In this document: piece after piece, positions 28,460 through 36,090 of the stretch
Position numbering within the stretch: position 1 is the first letter of the stretch
Layout: each line of letters begins with the position of its first letter
Origin: a virus
Strand: one strand, 5' to 3'
Virus record (IMG/VR): IMGVR_UViG_3300015245_000007
Location: 1-63,889 of that record
DNA: 63,889 nt
Made by a program: the position numbers and the translations under genes
Notes under the pieces: model-generated
What the model was told of the DNA's origin: nothing
The model's database searches: none
The model's input: only the letters and a program-made list of their open reading frames with translations

Positions 28460-30550
28460 TCACCTATTCAGGTTGCGCGCGGCGGCGCGACCGGCCGCCG
28501 CAACGCCGTCCTTGTTTTCCATCAGCCACGATCGCATGCCACGTTGGTCTATCGTGTTGATGTGAAGGTGAACGTCGCCGCCGGCATCGTTGCCGCTCTC
28601 GAGCATCTTGCGGAACGCCGCGGCTGGCCCTGCAGGAATGATCGTCTCGCCACGGTGCACCGTCGCCGTCGTGTCGCGCGGAATGCGCCAGGCGCCAACG
28701 TCGAACGAGGGCAGCACCGCCGTCGCCGCCGCCATCGTCGCCGCGCCGGCGGCGATGCCTTCGGCCGGCGCGAGCGGCCCGACAATCGGCGCCTGGTTGG
28801 CGGTGACGCCCGCGATCGTGATGCCGACCGACGACAAGATTGATTTTAGCGCATTGGCGATCGTGGTGAATATCCCGGTGGCAGCGCCGGCGGTCTCTGC
28901 CGCGGTGCGCGTCGCAACGCCGGTCGTGGTCGCCGTCGTCTTGGCGAGCTCGGCCGCGGCCCAATTGAGCGCAGTTTTTTCCGCGAACGAGATGAATTGC
29001 AGCGTCAGGTCCGCGAGGATGTTTTTCCAGGCCTGCGCCCACGTCGTCGTGCCAGACAGCAACCCCTTGAGCTGCGAATCCCATGCGCCTTGTATCGTCG
29101 AGAAAAGCTGCTCGTATTTTGCCTGCTGCTTGGCGATCGAATCGTTATTGATCTTTTGGATATCCAATTCGTGCTTGGCGCGCGCGACCTTGATTTTTGC
29201 CAGCACCTGCTCGCGCTTGACCGCATCGCCGGCGAGCGCCGCGGCTTCCTTATTCAGCAGCAAGAGCGAGGTCTGATACTGCTCTTCGGTCGACCGCAGC
29301 AGGATCGCGTTTTTCTGGTTCTCGGTGATCTGGTATTGCGAGACCTGGGCGTTGAGGTTTTCCTTTTGCTGCTCGAGCTGGATGGCCGAAACCTGCCGCT
29401 CCGCCTCGAGGCGGATTTTAGCAATCTCGCCCGCCTTGTTTGCGCCTGCGGTCAAGCCTCCCGCGCTCTTCGTTCCGGCCGGACTGGCATCCGGAATAGG
29501 CGCATTCGGTCCGCCGGCGAGCGTCGTTTCTTTCAAGCTGGCGATCGCCTCGAGCGCGGTCTTGCGCATCTTGCCGAAGGCATCGAGCTTGGATTGCAGC
29601 GCATCGAGCGCCGCATGCGCGCCGGCTTCAGTCTGGTTGCCGAGCTTCGTCTGGACGTACTGATAGATCGTGAAGACGTTGAAAATCGCTTCGCCGACCG
29701 TGCCAGCGAACTTGACGAAGCCGGCGGCGACATCGAAGGCCCATTCGATAATCGTCTTGGTGGTTTCTTTCATGCCGGAAATGAGGCCCGGCGCCTGTCC
29801 GCGGAACCAGGTCGCGAACGCAGTGAGGTACGGCAGCACGGCGTTGCCGATCGCCTCCTTGATGCCCATAAACGAGAGCTCGAGCTCATGCATCGAGGCC
29901 TTGTAAGCTTTCGCGTTCGCCGCGGCCTGCGGCGTCACCTCGAGGCCGAGCTCCTTCAGGTCTTTGGCGGCCTGCTCAAAGCTCGCGGCATTGAGCTTCA
30001 TAAAGCCGGCGATGTCGCCGGCGCCGCGGCCGAAGATGACTTGGCTTGCGATATTGCGGTCGGTGCCCTCCTTGTAATTCTTGAGCGTCGCAATCGCGTT
30101 CATCATCAGGCGATCGCCGTTCAGGAATTCGCCGTTAGCATCGCGCGTCGCCATGCCGGTCTTGCGGATGGTCTCTTCGTTCTGGCGCACCTGGCGGTCG
30201 AGGCGCAGCGACGAGCTCACATAATCGTCGACCGTGTTGCCGGTACCTTGGAGCTGCACGCGCAATTGCTGCGCAGCCTCCGAGTTGATGCCGAGCGCCT
30301 TTTGCAGCTTGAGCACTTCGCTCGCGGCCGTCGTCGCGGAGTCTACAAAGCTCTTGAACACCAGGCCGCCCGCCGCCACGGCGGCCACGCCTAGGATTGC
30401 CTTGTTGAGCTGCTCGAACGGTGTCTGCAGGCCTCCGATGCTCGATTTGACGCGATCGGTGAACTGCGACACCTGCGTGCCGGCCTGAGCCAGGCCGTTG
30501 GTCAGGCCTGCGATCTGCGCGCCAAATTGTACGGCAACGTCATCGGCCAT
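28460..30550 (-). CDS. tape measure protein
   Basis: 696 aa, helical Ala/Gln/Lys-rich, Gly/Ala-rich hydrophobic C-terminal third; between GT chaperone and distal tail genes. Confidence 0.8.
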   Translation of the reverse strand: MADDVAVQFGAQIAGLTNGLAQAGTQVSQFTDRVKSSIGGLQTPFEQLNKAILGVAAVAAGGLVFKSFVDSATTAASEVLKLQKALGINSEAAQQLRVQLQGTGNTVDDYVSSSLRLDRQVRQNEETIRKTGMATRDANGEFLNGDRLMMNAIATLKNYKEGTDRNIASQVIFGRGAGDIAGFMKLNAASFEQAAKDLKELGLEVTPQAAANAKAYKASMHELELSFMGIKEAIGNAVLPYLTAFATWFRGQAPGLISGMKETTKTIIEWAFDVAAGFVKFAGTVGEAIFNVFTIYQYVQTKLGNQTEAGAHAALDALQSKLDAFGKMRKTALEAIASLKETTLAGGPNAPIPDASPAGTKSAGGLTAGANKAGEIAKIRLEAERQVSAIQLEQQKENLNAQVSQYQITENQKNAILLRSTEEQYQTSLLLLNKEAAALAGDAVKREQVLAKIKVARAKHELDIQKINNDSIAKQQAKYEQLFSTIQGAWDSQLKGLLSGTTTWAQAWKNILADLTLQFISFAEKTALNWAAAELAKTTATTTGVATRTAAETAGAATGIFTTIANALKSILSSVGITIAGVTANQAPIVGPLAPAEGIAAGAATMAAATAVLPSFDVGAWRIPRDTTATVHRGETIIPAGPAAAFRKMLESGNDAGGDVHLHINTIDQRGMRSWLMENKDGVAAAGRAAARNLNR

Positions 30551-30551
30551 T

Positions 30552-31216
30552 TTACTGAATCATCCCGGTTGGAAACATGGAGACGAGATCCTCGAGCGGG
30601 CTGTAGTCCTTTGGCTTGCGCGGCTTTTGGATGAGCTCCATAGCCAGCGCAGATTGAAAGACCACTTCATTCAGCGGCGGGGTGATGAGCCATTCCGCTT
30701 GAAGCGCACGCAAACGCGAGATCGTCAGCGTGTTCTCTACGTAGTCCCAGGTCCAGCCTGTTCTTGCGCAGACGGAGGCGATGGCGCCGCGCCAATCGGG
30801 CCGCTCGCGAGCGCCTCCGCCACCTCCAAAGGGCCTGGCACGCTCTTGCCCTCTTCGGGAAACATGCCGGCTTGCTTGGCGACGGTCATGCACGCGGGGA
30901 TGAGCTGCAGCAGGCCGAACGGCCAATCGTCCATCGCCTCGCGCGTCACCTCCGGATAGTTGCGCACGATGCCGAGCCACACGACCTCGACCATGCGATT
31001 GAAGTGATCCTCAGTGATCTTGACTTGCGGCGTCTCGCCACTCTTCAACGCTGCGGCCATGTGCGCGAAAACCGTCATCATGTCATAGACGATTTCCGAG
31101 ACCTTGCCGGCTTGCTTCGCCGCGAGCTCCGGTATCTTGAACGTCCTGGCGTTCGCGCCCTTGCCGAGCGTGATGCTCGGTGCATCCCGCATGTCGATCG
31201 CGTCGTTTTTTTCCAT
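30552..31216 (-). CDS. tail assembly chaperone frameshift product (gpGT-like; -1 shift at 30827-30833)
   Basis: -1 frame ORF 30552..30980 overlaps the 3' end of G; after the slip the reading is PFGGGGGARERPDWRGAIA.. Confidence 0.65.
30737..31216 (-). CDS. tail assembly chaperone (gpG-like)
   Basis: Between tail tube and tape measure; ATG 31216 (GTG 31246 in GTGA overlap is an alternative start). Confidence 0.7.
   Translation of the reverse strand: MEKNDAIDMRDAPSITLGKGANARTFKIPELAAKQAGKVSEIVYDMMTVFAHMAAALKSGETPQVKITEDHFNRMVEVVWLGIVRNYPEVTREAMDDWPFGLLQLIPACMTVAKQAGMFPEEGKSVPGPLEVAEALASGPIGAAPSPPSAQEQAGPGTT
30827..30833 (-). promoter_or_regulatory. -1 programmed ribosomal frameshift slippery heptamer C_CCU_UUG
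   Basis: mRNA reads ggC CCU UUG gag in the G zero frame (X_XXY_YYZ phasing), 30 codons before the G stop. Confidence 0.65.
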
Positions 31217-31242
31217 TGTCCCCGTGTCCTGCCGCGTTGCCG

Positions 31243-31983
31243 TCACTCAGTCATGTTGAGCGTGCCGAGATTGCGCGAGGCGTCGGCGAACGCCTGCATG
31301 TCCAAATCCTCGATCATCCAATCCTTGTTTTTGAACGGCATTGCGACTTTGCCGGCGACGACAGAATTGAATTTCAGGTAAAGGTTCTTCTTATTCCCGC
31401 CCTGGTCGACCCATTGCTCTTTGAGATAGAGCGCGAACGTCGGGAGCGGGCCCATCAGTTGCGAGGCCATCAGAATCGATTTCCCGCTCACCAGCGTATA
31501 GCTGTAATAGATCGATTTTAGGCCGGTCTCCGCGGTGTTGAAGGTATAGACGCCGGCGGCGACGCTATAGGCATTGATCGCCGGCGCCGAGGCAACCGGG
31601 GTCATCTGCGATCCGTCGGCATTGAACACGCCAAGATCTTCCGCGAAGGTCGCCGCGTTCACCGTGGTGATGATCTTCGGGGATCCCGTCGGCGTGCCGG
31701 TCTCGGCCTGCGCCATGTCGGTTGAGCCGGTCGCCGCCGTCTGGTTCAGGAACATGTCGCCGAACTGGGTCAGCTTCATGTTGGCGAACTTGGCCTTCAA
31801 CACCACCTTGAGCTCGCCGCCGCCGACCGCGTCCGCAAGATTGTATTGGCCGTTGAGCGGAACGAGCGTCCGATCAAAATCGACGCTCACCTCTTGCACC
31901 GTACCCAGAAAGGCCGGTTGAGCGTTTGCGATATCGGTTCGCTTCGCGATCAGCGTGCCGATGCCGAAGAAGAATTGAGACAT
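31243..31983 (-). CDS. major tail (tube) protein
   Basis: 246 aa, position upstream of G/GT, beta-rich composition. Confidence 0.7.
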   Translation of the reverse strand: MSQFFFGIGTLIAKRTDIANAQPAFLGTVQEVSVDFDRTLVPLNGQYNLADAVGGGELKVVLKAKFANMKLTQFGDMFLNQTAATGSTDMAQAETGTPTGSPKIITTVNAATFAEDLGVFNADGSQMTPVASAPAINAYSVAAGVYTFNTAETGLKSIYYSYTLVSGKSILMASQLMGPLPTFALYLKEQWVDQGGNKKNLYLKFNSVVAGKVAMPFKNKDWMIEDLDMQAFADASRNLGTLNMTE

Positions 31984-31999
31984 GATCCGCGCTCCCTTT

Positions 32000-32437
32000 T
32001 CAGACGGTTAGCACATGAACCGGCACCACGGCGACGGCCTGCCCGTCGACGTCGCCAGGGTCTTTTAGCGTGTCTCCCTCAATCCAGGCATCTTGCACTT
32101 GCGGGAAGAGGCCGAGATCGCAGCGGTTTGTCAGCTTGTCCACGGCAAAGGCCCCATCGACCGACTCGAGCAGCGCGTTAAATCGCATCGTCGTGATGGT
32201 TGTCGCATAGTCGCCGTAAAAGTCATAGACCAGCAGCTTGACGCGCAGGATGCGATACGTCGGCACCGCGATATTGGTGCGCGTGTTCGTCTCGCCGTCC
32301 TCGAGCCAGCGCAACGCCGGCTTGTCGGCGTCGTTGATCTTGTCCCAGGGATCGAAGCGCCGCATCGCGCTCTTGAACGCGACCAGGCCGGTGACGTGCG
32401 TGAACAGAGCAGCCATCGCGGTCTCGCGGGCGATCAT
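32000..32437 (-). CDS. tail terminator / tail completion protein candidate
   Basis: 145 aa between gp10-like gene and tail tube; ATGA coupling. Confidence 0.45.
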   Translation of the reverse strand: MIARETAMAALFTHVTGLVAFKSAMRRFDPWDKINDADKPALRWLEDGETNTRTNIAVPTYRILRVKLLVYDFYGDYATTITTMRFNALLESVDGAFAVDKLTNRCDLGLFPQVQDAWIEGDTLKDPGDVDGQAVAVVPVHVLTV

Positions 32438-32937
32438 TTGGCGAGCCCCTCGCGCACGGCGTCTTTGAGACCTTCCGTGATTTGCGTTTGAAGGTCGCGC
32501 ATGCCCGAGCGCATATAGGACCGCTCCGGCATGTTGATGACGTGCGCCTTGGTATAGCCGGCGATGCCCTTGGATCCAGCTTTCGCCTTCGATACGAAAA
32601 CCGCGCCCTTGCCCGCGATCACCATATAGGGCTGGCCGCCAGGGTGATTGATCGTGCCGCCGAATTCGTGGATGGCCGCATACTTCACATTCGCCGAGAA
32701 CACGCGGCCGATGATCTCGTCTTTCGTCTCGCGCACTTCGGAGTGGATGCTCGATTTCAGATCGCCGGTGATGATGCCCAGCACCTGGCCCGACAGCTTG
32801 TTGAGCTTGATGTGCGCCTCGAGCTTCAAAGCCAGCGACGTCACCTTGCGACGTAGCGACATACGGACCTTATCGGGAATGTAGCGCGTGAAACGCTGCA
32901 TCAGCTCGCGGTCGCCGACCAGCACTGCATTGATCAT
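32434..32937 (-). CDS. HK97 gp10-like head-tail joining protein
   Basis: YAAIHEFGG motif, SGQVLGIITGDLKSS; ATG 32937 in ATGA overlap. Confidence 0.65.
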   Translation of the reverse strand: MINAVLVGDRELMQRFTRYIPDKVRMSLRRKVTSLALKLEAHIKLNKLSGQVLGIITGDLKSSIHSEVRETKDEIIGRVFSANVKYAAIHEFGGTINHPGGQPYMVIAGKGAVFVSKAKAGSKGIAGYTKAHVINMPERSYMRSGMRDLQTQITEGLKDAVREGLAK

Positions 32938-33746
32938 CCGACCGGTACCTTTGCTTGATATCGGCCGATGATCGCGGCGACGAACTTCGGCACGCCGGAA
33001 TTGTCGAACGCCGTCGTCTGCTGGCCCTGCAGCGTGTGCGAGGTTTGCCCAATGCGATCGCGATATCGATATCGCTCGGCGCACCATTCCGTCACGCCCT
33101 GCCAGATGTCGGCCGGGATATAGCTGTACGAGACCAGCACCGCGGTGCCGTTGTCGGCGCTGTTGAAATTGTATTTGCCGGCGGTGGCGACGTCGACTTG
33201 GTATTGGCCAACGCCAGGCGTACCGCTCACGCGCGTCATCGTCACGCCTGCGGCCGTTTTCACACCTTCGTCACGTCCCCACACCCCGGCCAACGCGCTC
33301 ACCGTGACCGCGCCCGCGGCGATCGTGGCCGGCTCATCCGGAATGAAATAGCCGTCAACATAGGAGATCACGACGCCGCCTGGCGCACGCGAGAAGCCGA
33401 ATCCGTTCAAGGTCAGGCGCTGCAGGTTCGCCGGCGGCAGACCGTCGAAGGGCTCGAGCAGATATCCAGCGGTCCCGAACGTCGTCGCGGCCGGGATGGC
33501 AACGCCGGCAATCATCAGTGAGCTCACCGAGATCACGGGCGCCGTCGGCAACATGACATAGTTGCCGGCGACACCCTGCAGCGTTCGCGTCACGCTGCGC
33601 TTGAAAATGGTATCGCGAACGATCTGTTGCAGGAACGCGATGCTGCACGCGGACACCAGGCCAGAGAGCAGCGCGTCATCAGTCGCGTTTTGAACTTTGA
33701 GCCACGACTTGACGGCGGTCAGCGTAGTCAGATCGTTCGCGCCCAT
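32934..33746 (-). CDS. head-tail connector protein (gp6-like N-terminus, extended C-terminus)
   Basis: DLTTLTAVKSWLKV..DDALLSGLVSACS..FLQ resembles Phage_connect_1; 270 aa. Confidence 0.55.
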   Translation of the reverse strand: MGANDLTTLTAVKSWLKVQNATDDALLSGLVSACSIAFLQQIVRDTIFKRSVTRTLQGVAGNYVMLPTAPVISVSSLMIAGVAIPAATTFGTAGYLLEPFDGLPPANLQRLTLNGFGFSRAPGGVVISYVDGYFIPDEPATIAAGAVTVSALAGVWGRDEGVKTAAGVTMTRVSGTPGVGQYQVDVATAGKYNFNSADNGTAVLVSYSYIPADIWQGVTEWCAERYRYRDRIGQTSHTLQGQQTTAFDNSGVPKFVAAIIGRYQAKVPVG

Positions 33747-33752
33747 TGATCA

Positions 33753-34304
33753 TCACTCGCCGCGCGGCGGGGGCGGCGGAACGGGTGTGAGCGGCGCCGG
33801 CGGCGCGAGAGGCGCCGCGGGCGGGTCGGGCGGGAACGGCACCTGTTCGGGCTGCTGCTTGACGTCATGCGCGCGCTGTTCGTTGCCGATCGCGTTCGCA
33901 TCGATGGCCGCGGCTTTCTCGAGCATGTCGACCTGCGTACCGCGTGCCAGCGTCTCGGCCGCGCTCGCGCGCTGCTCGCGTGTCGGGTTCGATATCGGCA
34001 TCGAATCTGTCGGCGGCTTCATGTGCTGCGCCATCATCGTCGCGATCGATCGCGTATCGAAATAGCCCTCATGCACCGGCGTTCCGTCCGCCGTCGTCAC
34101 GACGAATTGCCCGGGCTTCGGTTCGGTGACCGTGAGCGAGTCCCGTTCGTCGTCGGTCGCATAGCGCGCGCCGTGCGTTTCCGTCATTTCCTTGGCGAGC
34201 AGGTCCGGCACAAACGCATAGCCGTTTTCGTCAGAGACGAAGCTCTCGCCGGTCGGGCCATGGGTAAAGGGCTGGTTCGGTTCGGCAGTGCGGATTCGTT
34301 TCAT
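33753..34304 (-). CDS. hypothetical head-associated protein with Pro-rich C-terminus
   Basis: 183 aa immediately downstream of capsid gene; C-terminal PPDPPAAPLAPPAPLTPVPPPPP. Confidence 0.5.
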   Translation of the reverse strand: MKRIRTAEPNQPFTHGPTGESFVSDENGYAFVPDLLAKEMTETHGARYATDDERDSLTVTEPKPGQFVVTTADGTPVHEGYFDTRSIATMMAQHMKPPTDSMPISNPTREQRASAAETLARGTQVDMLEKAAAIDANAIGNEQRAHDVKQQPEQVPFPPDPPAAPLAPPAPLTPVPPPPPRGE

Positions 34305-34342
34305 CTGTCGGTGTCCTTCGCGTGTTCGTCGTGATGGGGCAA

Positions 34343-34367
34343 CGCCCGGCGGGCACGGTGCCCGCCA
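34343..34367 (-). terminator. GC-rich hairpin downstream of the capsid gene (attenuator/terminator candidate)
   Basis: mRNA CCTGGCGGGCA-ccg-TGCCCGCCGGG, 10/11 bp stem; no clear U-tract. Confidence 0.35.
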
Positions 34368-34397
34368 GGCGCTAATCCGTCAACATCGCCCGGGGGT

Positions 34398-35909
34398 TTA
34401 AGCCCCGGCGATATTCGAGATCACGCCGAACGCCGGCGGGAAATAATTCTGCAAGAGCTCGTCCGAATAGACGCCGTACTCATAGCGGCGGGTCTTGAGC
34501 GGCCACTCGAGCTGATAGTAGTCGCGGCGGGTCTTGACCTGCAGCACGTTCGCGACGTTGGAAAGCGGGTACGGCACCTGGTCGGTATAAAACATGATCA
34601 TGCCGGGCGGCATGTTCGGGTGCAGATGGATTCCGATTTCCTGCGCGCCGGCCATCGTGAACTTGTTGAGGTACGACTTCACCATGAAGCCGCCCTTCAG
34701 GTTGCCCTGGTCGACGTTGATGACGAATCGTGTCGCGGTGTTCGTGCCGCCCTGCAGGATGGCCTTATAGATCGCGGATTGCGCGGCCGAACCGATATAC
34801 ATGTCGGTCGGCGAGAGACGCAGGTTGTCCCAGAACCACTGCAACGCGGTGTCGATCTCGACCACGCCGCCCTCGGTGTCCGCGGTCAGCGGCGTGCCGG
34901 TACCGGCAACGCCGGTCGCCAGACGCAGAACGTAGGAGCCAGAACCCGGAGTCCAGATTTGCGAGAGCAGGCCGTCGAAGACGAACGAGTTTTGGCTAAA
35001 GTCCGCGGTGAACGACGCGGGCGTCTGCGTCCCCGTCGCGTTGGCGATAATCTTGACGCTGTTGATTGTCGAGATCGCGCCGAGAACTTCCGCGCCGGCG
35101 AGACCCCAGAACCAGGCGTATCCGACCGCGCCATTGATCGCGGGGATCGAAGCCGTCGCGCTGCCGGTGGCGCCGGTGACGGCGACGGTCGCATTCGCCG
35201 ACTTCTGCCCGGTGCCGGCGTTGTAGAATTGCACGTTGCCGTCGGCGAGCGTGCGGTTGCCCGAGACAGGTATCGACGTCGCCGAGACGAGCGATTGATC
35301 GGCCGCAACATAGGCCTCATGCGTGAGCGCGACCGCGATCACGGAAAGCGTGATGGTGGCGAGCGTGCCGCCCGAGGCGGAGGCGACGAGCGTCGGCGTG
35401 CCGGCGGTGCCGAGCGCAATCGAAGCATTGCCGCCGACCAGCAAGCCCTCTTCGCCGATCATCACGGCGCGCAACAGGTTGAGCACCGCGAGCGCCTTGA
35501 CGTCGTCAAAGCCCTTGGCCGCCAGGTCCGCCTCGAACGTCACATAGTCCTCGAGGCCGATCGTCTTGTAGGGCGCCGTATAATCCTTCGTCGCGACCGC
35601 TTGCACGGGAGCGCGCAAGCCCTGCGCGACGCCAAGGCCGGTCTTGCCGGTGTTGACCGCGGTGACCGCTTTCCAGTTCGTGGCGATGCCCGTGCCGCCG
35701 CCGACGCGCGGGATGCGGTTGCGCAGCGGAGTGATGACGGGAACGAAAGATTTCGCCGGTCCCTCGAGATCATAAGCGGTAATGCCGGTGGTCTGAGAGG
35801 CGGACTGATTCCACGCTTTGAGCAGATCATCGGGAATCAACCCGGTCACTGCGCCCTTGCTCAACGCATCGCGAATTGCCGCGAGCGTCTCGGCCGAAAA
35901 GTTCGACAT
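34398..35909 (-). CDS. major capsid protein
   Basis: 503 aa; ATG 35909 with GGAG SD; follows protease-scaffold gene; Gly/Ala/Thr-rich. Confidence 0.75.
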   Translation of the reverse strand: MSNFSAETLAAIRDALSKGAVTGLIPDDLLKAWNQSASQTTGITAYDLEGPAKSFVPVITPLRNRIPRVGGGTGIATNWKAVTAVNTGKTGLGVAQGLRAPVQAVATKDYTAPYKTIGLEDYVTFEADLAAKGFDDVKALAVLNLLRAVMIGEEGLLVGGNASIALGTAGTPTLVASASGGTLATITLSVIAVALTHEAYVAADQSLVSATSIPVSGNRTLADGNVQFYNAGTGQKSANATVAVTGATGSATASIPAINGAVGYAWFWGLAGAEVLGAISTINSVKIIANATGTQTPASFTADFSQNSFVFDGLLSQIWTPGSGSYVLRLATGVAGTGTPLTADTEGGVVEIDTALQWFWDNLRLSPTDMYIGSAAQSAIYKAILQGGTNTATRFVINVDQGNLKGGFMVKSYLNKFTMAGAQEIGIHLHPNMPPGMIMFYTDQVPYPLSNVANVLQVKTRRDYYQLEWPLKTRRYEYGVYSDELLQNYFPPAFGVISNIAGA

Positions 35910-36008
35910 GTGGTGAAACTCCAAAGCCCTGCAAGCCAGCGACCGAACGCGGCCTTGCAGGCGCGCGTGTGATTGTGATTGGCGCATCTGCGCCGGTTCA
36001 CTATCCGC

Positions 36009-36076
36009 CCGGTCTCCCGTGGGTCGCGGCGGCTTGGCTTTGGAAGGACCGCCGCTCCGGTCTCCCGTGGGTCGCG
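36009..36076 (-). repeat. two copies of a 20-nt direct repeat (plus strand CCGGTCTCCCGTGGGTCGCG) in the capsid 5' leader
   Basis: Exact copies at 36009-36028 and 36057-36076; each lies in the loop of a GC stem (36048-36056/36077-36085 9 bp; 36005-36009/36028-36032 5 bp). Confidence 0.8.
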
Positions 36077-36090
36077 AGCGGCGGTGCTTT

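Noticed and set aside
34620-35972. 450-aa plus-strand ORF antisense to the capsid gene. Similar long antisense ORFs occur at 25186-26505, 28997-30394, 10018-11289, 37036-38211, 38866-40032, 40117-41148, 43131-44117 and 58097-59302.
   Set aside because: These are Arg/Gly/Ala/Pro-dominated, low-complexity translations, typical of shadow ORFs in GC-rich DNA. Each lies opposite a gene with clear motifs, an SD and operon context.
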